63,433 nucleotides of DNA, filler included, from Nemertoderma westbladi (GCA_032718475.1; 3 parts of 3 records of this genome joined end to end with filler, not necessarily neighbours in it); one strand, 5' to 3'. Counted from the first letter of the whole stretch, positions 23,410 through 38,829 are shown. Notes: generated by a model from the sequence alone, not told the origin. Translations and numbers: made by a program.

Positions 23410-24570
23410 GGCGGCTTTCTCTCGTTTGAATGGAAATAACGATATTTTTAATCATATTAAGAAATTCAGAGGAAATTTACATATGTGGTCAAGTTCTATC
23501 ATTGGTGTAACAAATCCGGCTGAGATTACAAATATATTTGCTAATATATATAAAGATTAATATAATCATGGATATTCGAATGATGTAAAGTTGAATGATA
23601 TTGAAGTTTGGCAGAGAGAATTAATGACCTTAACGATTCTAACATAAATAATAGATCGAGTACTAATTGTGCAGGTCTCAGTGAATTAATTTCGAATCGT
23701 ATTTTACATGAAGCACTTTGTCGTTCTTAAAAATTGTAAGGCCGATGTAAGTTTTAGTTTAGTTATTTTTGACATCGATAACATCTGGATGAAACATCGG
23801 CAAAAATACGTAAAATTTGACCTTTCATATTTTCATAAGTTAAATCAACCACAGTAGCCAATGCTAGTGACGTTTTTGACTCGTCCAGATTAGCAAATTT
23901 CAACAATTGGTAAGCAAGAACACAATCTGGTAAACGCATATCATAAGCAGAACATTTATGTACATTTCTCTCAAAGATAACGATCTAAAAGAAAACGTAT
24001 ATTATGCATTTCAGTACAAATATTATCGCGGACAAATGTAAATGTAAATGTATCCCGTTTGGGAGCAAATGTAACCCACCGGTGGTTAAAATACATGTTG
24101 ATAATGTTCTCTACCGTGGGTAACAGAGGCGACTTATTTAGACATTTTACTTGAATTTAAGTACAGTTTGGCTGGTATTTTACGTAAGCGTGGTCAATTC
24201 ATTGGTAAGCTCAATAGTATTAGGCAATAATTTTACTTTGCACACTCAAGTAATATCTTACAAATTCCAAAATTGTATGCTATTTATGTCCTTTTACGGT
24301 TGCTGTGCGTGGAATCTGTGGTCGAATGAATGTAAAGGAAATATGGGCTATATAAGAAATATAATTAAGATCTAATAATAAGAATTATATATATAAGAAA
24401 AATATATTCAAATAGTTCAGAACAGAAAAGGGTCCTTATAAACTTACTAACTCATTGTCTATTATAATTATAATTGTTCGCTAAGATAGCTTGCAGCTTT
24501 TGATGTACGATGTACTCGTGTTTTGTTTTAATTCAATATTAATTTGTAATGTATGTTTGTTTTAATAAAT
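23410..24570 (+). pseudogene. Further decayed pieces and 3' end of the Proto2-like LINE ORF2
   Basis: NGNNDIFNHIKKFRG, IGVTNPAEITNIFAN, and SFYGCCAWNL (typical C-terminal motif). Confidence 0.55.
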
Positions 24571-25074
24571 AAGCAACTTATAATATTAAACCAATTACTT
24601 ATTATTTATATTATTCTATTATTAAATTTTAATGTATAGATACAGCGTATTAAATATTACTAGAACACGTTATAGCTGCTGTGTATATTATTATATTATA
24701 AATTCACCTATACACTCCCTAAAGCTCTTAGTTGTACACGACAATCTGTTCAATATTTTCTAAATTCATAATATTAATAAATATTAGGTAATAATTATAG
24801 AAACTAAAAGACAACTGAGTTTGGAATATCAACATATATATTCATTTGTAAAAGGATGACGCAAGATTGAGTCACGTGATCTATCAATTAGACTACAATG
24901 TAGTTGAACTAGTTGGCAAACGTTTAGCCCTAACTACAATTATTACTTGGTTGGTTTGTTACCATGTCTAACTGCAAACTATTTCTTTTATTTTTAGCTC
25001 AAAATTTGGAATGAATGTGATATAATTAATTATTTAAATAACTTTAGCAACATTTTTCGCAATATAAATGCAAG

Positions 25075-25862
25075 CAACAAAGGCAATATTAATGTGGTAT
25101 ACAGCAACACAAGCAATATTAATGTGGTATACAGCAACACAGGCAATATTAATGTGGTACACAGCAACACAGGCAATATTAATGTGGTACACAGCAACAC
25201 AGAAATATTAATGTGGTACACAGCAAAACAGGCAATATTAATGTGGTATACAGCAACACAGGCAATATTAATGTGGTACACAGCAACACAGGCAATATTA
25301 ATGTGGTACACAGTAAAACAGGCAATATTAATGTGGTATACAGCAACACAGGCAATATTAATGTGGTACACAGCAACACAGGCAATATTAATGTGGTACA
25401 CAGCAACACAGGCAATATTAATGTGGTACACAGCAACACAGGCAATATTAATGTGGTACACAGCAACACTGGTAATATTAATGTGGTACACAGCAAAACA
25501 GGCAATATTAATGCGGTTCACAGCGACACAGGCAATATTAATGTGGTACACAGCGACACAGGCAATATTAATGTGGTACACAGCAAAACAGGCAATATTA
25601 ATGTGGTATACAGCAACACAGGCAATATTAATGTGGTACACAGCAACACAGGCAATATTAATGTGGTACACAGCAAAACAGGCAATATTAATGTGGTATA
25701 CAGCAACACAGGCAATATTAATGTGGTACACAGCAACACAGGCAATATTAATGTGGTACACAGTAAAACAGGCAATATTAATGTGGTATACAGCAACACA
25801 GGCAATATTAATGTGGTACACAGCGACACAGGCAATATTAATGTGGTACACAGCAAAACAGG
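25075..25862. repeat. 30-bp minisatellite (acacaggcaatattaatgtggtacacagca), about 26 copies
   Basis: Directly visible. Confidence 0.97.
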
Positions 25863-27801
25863 TGTAAAAGCTTCTGTGGGATATAACTGGCCCCTTTTGC
25901 TTCGCAATCCAGTTTCCCCCCAAGCGCTGGAATACTCTAAAAAGGTTCTCTAACTGTATATATATTCCCCTCGCCCGCAAGGTACCGTTACAGGTGTTTT
26001 AACGGACATAAAAGTAATTCTGCTATATACGTGTTTTAGCGGACATGGTAAGGCAAAAAACCTGCAATGCACCAAATACCTTTCACAGCTTAGCCGTGAT
26101 GATTCATATTACGACATCTAACAGCTGGTTGCTGACATGGAAACATCCATTGGACGCATAGTTCTTTGTTTGGCTTGAGCCAATCAGAGCGATTTTTCCT
26201 GTCGACGTGTAGCTTTTCGGCCGATCATAAGGAGAGTGTTCAGTCTTACTGTTTTTTTACTTGATACTTTGTTGTTATTGCTGTCTAAGCCAGAAACACC
26301 GGCCTTTTGGGAAGAACTCTAGTAAACTGCTTAAATTATCGAAAGTATAAACTGTTACCTAATTAATCAATCGAATCGAAANNNNNNNNNNNNNNNNNNN
26401 NNNNNNNNNNNNNNNNNNNNNNNNNTTAATTAATTAANNNNNNNNNNNNNNNNNNNNNNNNNNNNNNNNNNNNNNNNNNNNATAAACTGTTACTGTTCGC
26501 CAGAACAGTATTAAACTGTATTTAATACCTACACTGCAATACAAGTAAACTGTTACTGTTCGCGCTTTTGAAGACCTTTAGCAGTTTAACCTGCCAAAAT
26601 TTATATGTCTTCTAGTTAATTAAAACACCTTTAGCATACGACAATATTTTATGCTAATACACAAAACATTACCCGAAGTCAGCCCATGCGCGATCATTCA
26701 CCCGATGGATCTACACCCGGGAGGCTGAATTCGGCTGCTTAAATTGTATTATTGCAGTGTAAGGTTGCAGTGTATACCTAATGTATTATTCGATAGATCG
26801 TTAATAATTAATCTCTGACAGATATTATTGGCTTTCGGGAAATATTAACAGTTCCTTTAGGACGTGGCGCTTTATCTATTTAAACAGAACTAGGACTTAT
26901 ACTAAACGCAACGATACTGCTTATGATTAAAGTATAAAGCGTATTCTTTAGGAAATACTTTGTTACCAATCACAATCATACACACTATTCTGCCGACCGT
27001 CAGTATATTTGATCACACATAAAGAGAGCAGTAATTGACTCATGTAGTGTCTGCTAAATAACATTAGATTCAATACACACCACATTAATATAAATCGCAA
27101 TTGTTATGTATAGCCGGTCTCTCTAACCTGTAGTGTTATCAAGAAAATTGGGAATTTGGGTGATTTATCCGTATTATCCAAAGAGCAATATTTTCATCAA
27201 CAAATAGGTACAATTAATAACTGACGGTAAAATAACAGTACAAACAATATGATTAATGCAATTAAATTAAGTGAGCATGTTAATTAGTGAGTTATTGAGT
27301 AAGTGAGTAGGTAACAGTTTATACTTTCGATAATTTAAGCAGTTTACTAGAGTTCTTCCCAAAAAGCCGGTGTTTCTGGCTTAGACAGCAATAACAACAA
27401 AGTATCAAGTAAAAACAGTAAGACTGAACACTCTCCTTATGATCGGCTGAAAAGCTACACGTCGACAGGAAAAATCGCTCTGATTGGCTCAAGCCAAACA
27501 AAGAACCATGCGTCCAATGGCTGTTTCCATGTCAGCAACCAGCTGTTAGATGTCGTAATATGAATCATCACGGCTAAGCTGTGAAAGGTAGTTGGTGCAT
27601 TACAGGTTTTTTGCCTTACCATGTCCGCCAAAACACGTATATAGCAGAATGATTTTTATGTCCGTTAAAACACCTGTAAAGGTACCTTGCGGGCGAGGGG
27701 AATATATATACAGTTAGAGAACCCTTTTAGAGTATTCCAGCGCCTGGGGGGAACTGGCCAGCAAAGGCAAACGTATCAGTTATCCCACAAAAGCTTTTAC
27801 A
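25863..27801. mobile_element. Non-autonomous foldback element with about 495-bp inverted arms, TGTAAAAGCTT termini
   Basis: 25863-26360 matches the reverse complement of 27308-27801; no TSD found; contains an assembly gap. Confidence 0.75.
26382..26481. other. Assembly gap with artificial TTAATTAATTAA linker
   Basis: 100-bp N run with a central six-frame stop linker. Confidence 0.97.
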
Positions 27802-27859
27802 AATATGATTAGGTGAGTAGGATGGGTAGGCATGAATTGGTATGATAACAGATATACGT

Positions 27860-28291
27860 TTCGATGATCAAGCCTACTAATGTTTTGCTAAAGCCTGAAA
27901 ACAGAGGTTCCAAAGCCGGTCTTCTGGCTGTGGACAAAATACACATACTGACTCAACTGCACGAGTTTCTGTATACAATCTCCAACACAGAGTCAAAAAA
28001 CGCTCTGATTGGTCGACCGAACAATGAAAGAACAGAGAACAAAGGAAAAGCTCCACGTGTACAGATCAGCTGTTAGCCGTCGTCATAGTAACTACACTGT
28101 GTCAAGAGGATTTAGCGTATTGCGACATAAAATTGCTAGTTATGTCCGCTAAAGTACACATACAGAAGAAATGGCTTTTTATGTCCACTAAAACACCAGT
28201 ACAGTAATGAAACGGCTTTTTATGCCCGTTAAACCAACTACAGAGTACTTTGCGGGGAAAATAACCAGCCAATTCCGCAAAAGCTTTTACA
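27860..28291 (-). mobile_element. Solo arm of a related TGTAAAAGCTTTTGCG element
   Basis: Ends cgcaaaagcttttaca; aligns in reverse complement with 44143-44584. Confidence 0.7.
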
Positions 28292-29406
28292 GTTTCTCAA
28301 CGAAATTATTATATTATTACATTTTTGGAATCCTTGCAACGCAAGCTTTCTATTGATATGAAAAAAAATCACCACTAAAGTGAAGAATGGCAATGATACA
28401 GAGGGTGCGATTTCGCAAAAGATACTTTTTTAAAACGCTTATAAAAAAAAATTTAAAAGCGAAATCGAAAATTCCGGCTTCATGGTAACAACCACGGCGA
28501 GTTGAACTCGTGGAGTTTAAAATTTCATGCAATATGATAAAGATTTGTAGAAAAATTTGGGGGGGGGGGGGGGGGGGGATGGCCGTGTCATCAGAAAATG
28601 ACACTATATTATGGGTCATGGTGTATATAATGTATTATATTATTTATTATTGCAAGTTATATTTATTTTATTTTTATTTTGTCTTTGTCTTTGACTACGT
28701 GGTGTGAACGCGGCCTAACAAAGTTATTGCAAATTTGAGGTCCATTATGCACCATTTTCTAATTAAATAATACTAGCTACTATAAACTAGCTTTGTGAGT
28801 GAAGATGATATTCCAGAATTTTAATCAAATCAAATAATCAAACCAAAAATTTGATTAAAGTGCTACCAGAGCAAAATATTCTACAACTTAACATTTGAAT
28901 GCTTAATTTTTAAAATAATAATTACCAACTGATCTAAAATAAATAATGAGAAATCAACAGAATAAACTTCTAGGTCGTTGATTGGATAATTGCTTTATTG
29001 TCCGCACTTTTGCGGAAAATAAAGGGGATATTTTAAAGAAATTAATTAATATACTGTACTGTAAAAACTCAAGTATCAAGAAGTTCATTTATTTTCAAAT
29101 ACTTACGCGTTTCGATCTTACTGGGTCGCTTCAGCGTGCGACCTGTTACATTACAAGACGACCGCCTCTACATGGGAATGTCAGAGGTTCTTGGGATATG
29201 TGGGAATAGATTTAAATTTCATACCGATATGAATGGAATAGAGGGTTAAATTAAAAGAAAGCCATAAATTTGTAACACATCATCAAATTACTATCCTGTT
29301 AAGATTTTACACCTTTTTAACCTTTTTAACCTTGTGAATTATAAATTAATTAATTTATAAATTAATATTAAATATACTATTAAACAATTATTTAATCGTA
29401 TTAATG

Positions 29407-32400
29407 AGCATCAACCATCTGTTACTAACGTTACCTTTCCTAAACGCACTATACTACGATTGTTTCGCATCAACCATCTGTAACTAACGGTACCGTTCCT
29501 AAACGCACTATACTACGATTGTTTCGCATCAACCATCTGTAACTAACGATACCGTTCCTAAACGCACTATACTACGATTGTTTCGCATCAACCATCTCTG
29601 TAACTAACGGTACCATTCCTAAACGCACTATACTTGGATTGTTTCGCATCAACCATATGTAACTAACGTACCGTTACTAAACGCACTATACTACGATTGT
29701 TTCGCATCAACCATCTGTAACTAACGGTACCGTTCCTAAACGCACTAACTACGATTGTTTCGCATCAACCATCTGTAACTAACGGTTCCACCGTTCCTAA
29801 ACGCACTATACTACGATTGTTTCACATCAACCATCTGTAACTAACGGTACCGTTCCTAAACGCAGTATACTACGATTGTTTCGCATCAACCATCTGTAAC
29901 TAACGGTACCGTTCCTAAACGCACTATACTACGATTGTTTAACCAACAGTACCGTTCCTAAAAGCACTATACTACGTTTGTTTCGCATCAACCATCTGTA
30001 ACTAACAGTACCGTTCCTAAACGCACTATACTACGATTGTTTCGCATCAACCATCTGTAACTAACGGTACCGTTCCTAAACGCACTATACTACGATTGTT
30101 TCGCATCAACCATCTATAACTAACGGTACCGTTCCTAAACGCACTATACTAAGATTGTTTCACATCAACCATCTGTAACTAACGGTACCGTTCCTAAACG
30201 CACTATACTACGATTGTTTCGCATCAACCATCTGTAACTAAGGGTACCGTTCCTAAACGCACTATACTACGATTGTTTCGCATCAACCATCTATAACTAA
30301 CGGTACCGTTCCTAAACGCACTATACTAAGATTGTTTCACATCAACCATCTGTAACTAACGATACCGTTCCTAAACGCACTATACTACGATTGTTTCGCA
30401 TCAACCATCTGTAACTAACGGTACCGTTCCTAAACGCACTATACTACGATTGTTTCGCATCAACCATCTATAACTAACGGTACCGTTCCTAAACGCACTA
30501 TACTAAGATTGTTTCACATCAACCATCTGTAACTAACGGTACCGTTCCTAAACGCACTATACTAAGATTGTTTCACATCAACCATCTGTAACTAACGGTA
30601 CCGTTCCTAAACGCACTATACTACGATTGTTTCGCATCAACCATCTGTAACTAACGGTACCGTTCCTAAACGCACTATACTACGATTGTTTCGCATCAAC
30701 CATCTATAACTAACGGTACCGTTCCTAAACGCACTATACTAAGATTGTTTCACATCAACCATCTGTAACTAACGGTACCGTTCCTAAACGCACTATACTA
30801 CGATTGTTTCGCATCAACCATCTATAACTAACGGTACCGTTCCTAAACGCACTATACTAAGATTGTTTCACATCAACCATCTGTAACTAACGATACCGTT
30901 CCTAAACGCACTATACTACGATTGTTTCGCATCAACCATCTGTAACTAACGGTACCGTTCCTAAACGCACTATACTACGATTGTTTCGCATCAACCATCT
31001 ATAACTAACGGTACCGTTCCTAAACGCACTATACTAAGATTGTTTCACATCAACCATCTGTAACTAACGGTACCGTTCCTAAACGCACTATACTAAGATT
31101 GTTTCACATCAACCATCTGTAACTAACGGTACCGTTCCTAAACGCACTATACTACGATTGTTTCGCATCAACCATCTGTAACTAACGGTACCGTTCCTAA
31201 ACGCACTATACTACGATTGTTTCGCATCAACCATCTATAACTAACGGTACCGTTCCTAAACGCACTATACTAAGATTGTTTCACATCAACCATCTGTAAC
31301 TAACGGTACCGTTCCTAAACGCACTATACTACGATTGTTTCGCATCAACCATCTGTAACTAACGGTACCGTTCCTAAACGCACTATACTATGATTGTTTC
31401 ACATCAACCATCTGTAACTAACGGTACCGTTCCTAAACGCAGTATACTACGATTGTTTCGCATCAACCATCTGTAACTAACGGTACCGTTCCTAAACGCA
31501 CTATACTACGATTGTTTATCCAACAGTACCGTTCCTAAACGCACTATACTACGTTTGTTTCGCATCAACCATCTGTAACTAACAGTACCGTTCCTAAACG
31601 CACTATACTACGATTGTTTCGCAATCAACCATCTGTAACTAACGGTACCGTTCCTAAACGCACTATACTACGATTGTTTCGCATCAACCATCTATAACTA
31701 ACGGTACCGTTCCTAAACGCACTATACTAAGATTGTTTCACATCAACCATCTGTAACTAACGGTACCGTTCCTAAACGCACTATACTACGATTGTTTCGC
31801 ATCAACCATCTGTAACTAACGGTACCATTCCTAAACGCACTATACTACGATTGTTTCGCATCAACCATCTGTAACTAACGGTACCGTTCCTAAACGCACT
31901 ATACTACGTTTGTTTCGCATCAACCATCTGTAACTAACGGTATCGTTCCTAAACGCACTATACTAAGTTTGTTTCGCATCAACCATCTGTAACTAACGGT
32001 ATCGTTCCTAAACGCACTATACTAAGTTTATTTCGCATCAACCATCTGCAACTAACGGTACCGTTCCTAAACGCACTATACTATGATTGTTTCGCATCAA
32101 CCATCTGTAACTAACGGTACCGTTCCTAAACGCACTATACTACGATTGTTTCGCATCAACCATCTGTAACTAACGATACCGTTCCTAAACGCACTATACT
32201 ACGTTTGTTTCGCATCAACCATCTGTAACTAACGGTATCGTTCCTAAACGCACTATACTAAGTTTGTTTCGCATCAACCATCTGTAACTAACGGTACCGT
32301 TCCTAAACGCACTATACTATGATTGTTTCGCATCAACCATCTGTAACTAACGGTACCGTTCCTAAACGCACTATACTATGATTGTTTCGCATCAACCATC

Positions 32401-35400
32401 TGTAACTAACGGTACCGTTCCTAAACGCACTATACTACGTTTGTTTCGCATCAACCATCTGTAACTAACAGTACCGTTCCTAAACACACTATACTACGAT
32501 TGTTTCGCATCAACAATCTGTAACTAACGGTACCATTCCTAAACGCACGATACTACGATTGTTTCGCATCCACAATATGTAAATAACGGTACCGTTCCTA
32601 AACGCACTATACTACGATTGTTTCGCAATAACCATCTGTAACTAATGGTACCATTCCTAAACGCACTATACTACGATTGTTTCGCATCAACCATCTGTAA
32701 CTAACGGTACCATTCCTAAACGCACTATACTACGATTGTTTCGCATCAACCATCTGTAACTAACGGTACCGTTCCTAAACGCACTATACTACGATTGTTT
32801 CGCATCAACCATCTGTAACTAACGATACCGTTCCTAAACGCACTATACTACGTTTGTTTCGCATCAACCATCTGTAACTAACGGTACCGTTCCTAAACGC
32901 ACTATACTACGTTTGTTTCGCATCCACAATTTGTAAATAACGGTACCGTTCCTAAACGCACTATACTACGATTGTTTCGCATCAACCATCTGTAACTAAC
33001 GGTATCGTTCCTAAACGCACTATACTACGTTTGTTTCGCATCAACCATCTGTAACTAACGGTATCGTTCCTAAACGCACTATACTAAGTTTGTTTCGCAT
33101 CAACCATCTGTAACTAACGGTATCGTTCCTAAACGCACTATAGTAAGTTTGTTTCGCATCAACCATCTGTAACTAACGGTACCGTTCCTAAACGCACTAT
33201 ACTATGATTGTTTCGCATCAACCATCTGTAACTAACGGTACCGTTTCTAAATGCACTATACTACGATTGTTTCGCATCAACCATCTGTAACTAACGATAC
33301 CGTTCCTAAACGCACTATACTACGTTTGTTTCGCATCAACCATCTGTAACTAACGGTATCGTTTCTAAATGCACTATACTACGATTGTTTCGCATCAACC
33401 ATCTGTAACTAACGGTACCGTTTCTAAATGCACTATACTACGATTGTTTCGCATCAACCATCTGTAACTAACGATACCGTTCCTAAACGCACTATACTAC
33501 GTTTGTTTCGCATCAACCATCTGTAACTAACGGTATCGTTCCTAAACGCACTATACTAAGTTTGTTTCGCATCAACCATCTGTAACTAACGGTACCGTTC
33601 CTAAACGCACTATACTATGATTGTTTCGCATCAACCATCTGTAACTAACGGTACCGTTCCTAAACGCACTATACTATGATTGTTTCGCATCAACCATCTG
33701 TAACTAACGGTACCGTTCCTAAACGCACTATACTACGTTTGTTTCGCATCAACCATCTGTAACTAACAGTACCGTTCCTAAACACACTATACTACGATTG
33801 TTTCGCATCAACAATCTGTAACTAACGGTACCATTCCTAAACGCACGATACTACGATTGTTTCGCATCCACAATATGTAAATAACGGTACCGTTCCTAAA
33901 CGCACTATACTACGATTGTTTCGCAATAACCATCTGTAACTAATGGTACCGTTCCTAAACGCACTATACTACGATTGTTTAACCAACAGTACCGTTCCTA
34001 AACGCACTATACTACAATTGTTTCGCATCAACCATCTGTAACTAACGGTACCGTTCCTAAACGCACTTACTACGATTGTTTCGCATCAACCATCTGCAAC
34101 TAACGGTACCGTTACTAAACGCACTATACTACGATTGTTTCGCATCAACCATCTGTAACTAACGGTACCGTTCCTAAACGCACTATACTACGATTGTTTC
34201 GCATCAACCATCTGTAACTAACAGTACCGTTCCTAAACGCACTATACTACGATTGTTTCGCATCAACCATCTGTAACTAACGGCACCGTTCCTACTATAC
34301 TACGATTGTTTCGCATCAACCAACTGTAACTAACGGTACCGTTACTAAACGCACTATACTACGATTGTTTCGCATCAACCATCTGTAACTAACGGTACCG
34401 TTCCTAAACGCACTATACTACGATTGTTTCGCATCAACCATCTGTAACTAACGGTACCGTTCCTAAACGCACTATACTACGTTTGTTTCGCATCCACAAT
34501 TTGTAAATAACGGTACCGTTTCTAAACACACTATACTACGATTGTTTCGCATCAACCATCTGTAACTAACGATACCGTTCCTAAACGCACTATACTACGT
34601 TTGTTTCGCATCAACCATCTGTAACTAACGGTATCGTTCCTAAACGCACTATACTAAGTTTGTTTCGCATCAACCATCTGTAACTAACGGTACCGTTCCT
34701 AAACGCACTATACTACGATTGTTTCGCATCAACCATCTGTAACTAACGGCACCGTTCCTAAACGCACTATACTACGATTGTTTCGCATCAACCATCTGCA
34801 ACTAACGGTACCGTTCCTAAACGCACTATACTACGATTGTTTCGCATCAACCATCTGTAACTAAAGGTACCGTTCCTAAACGCACTATACTACGATTGTT
34901 TCGCATCAACCATCTGTAACTAACGGCACCGTTCCTAAACGCACTATACTACGATTGTTTCGCATCAACCATCTGTAACTAACGGCACCGTTCCTAAACG
35001 CACTATACTACGATTGTTTCGCATCAACCATCTGCAACTAACGGTACCGTTCCTAAACGCACTATACTACGATTGTTTCGCATCAACCATCTGTAACTAA
35101 AGGTACCGTTCCTAAACGCACTATACTACGTTTGTTTCGCATCCACAATTTGTAAATAACGGTACCGTTCCTAAACGCACTATACTACGATTGTTTCGCA
35201 TCAACCATCTGTAACTAACGGTACCGTTCCTAAACGCACTATACTACGATTGTTTCGCATCAACCATCTGTAACTAACGTTACCGTTCCTAAACGCACTA
35301 TACTACGATTGTTTCGCATCAACCATCTGTAACTAACGGTACCATTCCTAAACGCACTATACTACGATTGTTTCGCATCAACCATCTGAAACTACCGGTA

Positions 35401-37466
35401 CCGTTCCTAAACGCAGTCACTATACTACGATTGTTTCGCATCAATCATCTGTAACTAACGGTACCGTTCTTAAACGCACTATACTACGATTGTTTCGCAT
35501 CAACCATCTGTAACTAACGGTACCGTTCCTAAACGCACTATACTACGTTTGTTTCGCATCAACCATCTGTAACTAACGGTACCATTCCTAAACGCACTAT
35601 ACTACGATTGTTTCGCATCAACCATCTGTAACTAACGGTACCGTTCCTAAACGCACTATACTACGATTGTTTCGCATCAACCATCTGTAACTAACGGTAC
35701 CGTTCCTAAACGCACTATACTACGATTGTTTAACCAACAGTACCGTTCCTAAACGCACTATACTACGATTGTTTCGCATCAACCATCTGTAACTAACGGT
35801 ACCGTTCCTAAACGCACTATACTACGATTGTTTCGCATCAACCATCTGTAACTAACGGTACCGTTCCTAAACGCACTATACTACGATTGTTTCGCATCAA
35901 CCATCTGTAACTAACGGTACCGTTCCTAAACGCACTATACTACGATTGCTTCGCATCAACCATCTGTAACTAACGGTACCGTTCCTAAACGCACTATACT
36001 ACGATTGTTTCGCATTAACCATCTGTAACTAACGGTACCGTTCCTAAACGCACTATACTACGATTGTTTCGCATCAACCATCTGTAACTAACGATACCGT
36101 TCCTAAACGCACTATACTACGATTGTTGCGCATCAACCATCTGTAACTAACGGTACCATTCCTAAACGCACTAACTACGATTGTTTCGCATCAACCATCT
36201 GTAACTAACGGCACCGTTCCTACTATACTACGATTGTTTCGCATCAACCATCTGTAACTAACGGTACCGTTCCTAAACGCACTATACTACGATTGTTTCG
36301 CATCAACCATCTGTAACTAACAGTACCGTTCCTAAACGCACTATACTACGATTGTTTCGCATCAACCATCTGTAACTAACGGCACCGTTCCTACTATACT
36401 ACGATTGTTTCGCATCAACCATCTGTAACTAACGGTACCGTTCCTAAACGCACTATACTACGATTGTTTCGCATCAACCATATGTAACTAACGGTACCGT
36501 TCCTAAACGCACTATACTACGATTGTTTCGCATCAACCATCTGTAACTAACGGTACCGTTCCTAAACGCACTATACTACGATTGTTTCGCATCAACCATC
36601 TATAACTAACGGCACCGTTCCTACTATACTACGATTGTTTCGCATCAACCATCTGTAACTAACGGTACCGTTCCTAAACGCACTATACTACGATTGTTTC
36701 GCATCAACCATCTGTAACTAACGGTACCGTTCCTAAACGCACTATACTACGATTGTTTCGCATCATCCATCTGTAACTAACGATACCGTTCCTAAACGCA
36801 CTATACTACGATTGTTGCGCATCAACCATCTGTAACTAACGGTACCATTCCTAAACGCACTATACTACGATTGTTTCGCATCAACCATCTGTAACTAACG
36901 GTACCGTTCCTAAACGCACTATACTACGTTTGTTTCGCATCCACAATTTGTAAATAACGGTACCGTTTCTAAACACACTATACTACTGTACGATTGTTTC
37001 GCATCAACCATCTGTAACTAACGATACCGTTCCTAAACGCACTATACTACGTTTGTTTCGCATCAACCATCTGTAACTAACGGTACCGTTCCTAAGCGCA
37101 CTATACTACGATTGTTTCGCATCAACCATCTGTAACTAACGGTACCGTTCCTAAACGCACTATACTACGATTGTTTCGCATCAACCATCTGTAACTAACG
37201 GCACCGTTCCTACTATACTACGATTGTTTCGCATCAACCATCTGTAACTAACGGTACCGTTCCTAAACGCACTATACTACGATTGTTTCGCATCAACCAT
37301 CTGTAACTAACGGTACCGTTCCTAAATGCACTATACTACGATTGTTTCGCATCAACCATCTGTAACTAACGGTACTATTCCTAAACGCACTATACTACGA
37401 TTGTTTCGCATCAACCATCTGTAACTACCGGTACCGTTCCTAAACGCACTATACTGCGATTGTTTC
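29407..37466. repeat. 59-bp satellite, about 135 copies (gcatcaaccatctgtaactaacggtaccgttcctaaacgcactatactacgattgtttc)
   Basis: Directly visible; each unit has the 12-bp palindrome aacggtaccgtt. Confidence 0.98.
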
Positions 37467-37769
37467 GGCGACGCTTGTTTTTTTTAAGTTTTCCATACCA
37501 GCTTTATTCCGTTTTCCCTTACAATGATCAGATTCCAGAACATACGGTCGGGTATAGTGTACCTATATAAATATGGAAGCTGCAACGCTTCCTACTGCAC
37601 ATCGCGTGTAGTGTACCTGTGGCTGTGGAAGCTGCAATGCTTCCTACATCGCACGTACAGTACGGTACCTAGCCATACGTGTGAGGAACATACGGGGTTC
37701 AAGTTACAACACCAGTAAATTTCCCTTCCAAAACTAATTCGCAATCATCCCAGCCAATTTATCATCCGA

Positions 37770-38555
37770 GATCTTGCTAATAATATGTTGCTGCAACCAA
37801 CAGTCCAACCAATGCATCGGATAAAGTGGTTAAGTTTTATGAAGATCTGACTGGAATTATACTTCCGAAACACTATATTGTCAAAGTCATTGCGGCTGAC
37901 ATGAAGTCGCAAATAGGACCAGAAGAAAACAAGGTTTACACCAGTAAAACCAGTTCGAATAGAAATGAGCGGGTATTCTTAATCTGGAAGAATGTGAATT
38001 GATACCAACAAACGCGCTAAGTGAACGCCTTTCAATCCCCAAAAGGACCAAAGTGCAGCTCGACTACATCCTTATAACAAAAAGTGGAGGAACATCAAGA
38101 TTAACTGCGAGGCATTCATCAGCTCGTTCAACCTAATTCAATTAATTGGCTTGGACAACAGAAATCGTGACTACATAGGTACGACCCGTCTGTATCTTTG
38201 AGAGCCAGCAAACCCAGAACAAGCAGGTGAATCAAGCATAAGTGTGTGAAACTTAGAACTGATAAGGCAGTAAAAGGAATGCTTTACACAGTAGAAGTTC
38301 AAAACCGCCAGTCAATGGCATGGCCCCGCCAGTCAATACTCCAGTCATTCAGTCATTGGACAAAGACTACTCATCCGATTATATCTACCAGAATATAATA
38401 GCTCACATACAGCAACAATCAAGACTTACATGGAAAACTGTGAATGAGGTATATCTGGTCGGAAAAGTTGTGCTAGGGGGTGCCTCAAAGCTGATAGCCA
38501 CGAAGAACATGTTGGGAAATGGAAAGATATCTTCATCAATTTGATTGGGCAGCTA
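37770..38555 (+). pseudogene. Older decayed copy of the RTE family at 14272-17195
   Basis: Shared strings cagtccaaccaatgcatc, acagtagaagttcaaaaccgc, gctcacatacagcaacaatcaagacttac (corresponds to about 15240-16230). Confidence 0.85.
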
Positions 38556-38829
38556 AAAAAATAAAAATAAATAAAAAAAATGTTCTACGGTTTTTTTCCC
38601 ATGTAATAAGTAATTTTATTCTTAAATTGGTACATTTTTGTTGCTTAATTCTTTAATAAAACGTACAGCGATATAGTGGTACAAAATAAATTGAACTATA
38701 GTATTTTACTATATTGCTTCCATAATTAATGAAATTAAAATTACTGTACTCTTCAACTCCTGACGCTGCCTTACTCAATGTTAAATAATTTAGTGTTCTC
38801 GAATATTTATTACGTTACTAGAGAACCGC

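Noticed and set aside
25030-25980. 316-aa and overlapping repeat ORFs
   Set aside because: Translation of the 30-bp minisatellite.
26426-26437. TTAATTAATTAA motif within gaps (also 55331-55342)
   Set aside because: Artificial scaffolding linker; it also supplies the false stop of ORF 55339-56553.
29407-37466. CRISPR-like array with palindromic repeat
   Set aside because: No unique spacers, no cas genes, eukaryotic context; it is a satellite. Same applies to 9004-10520.
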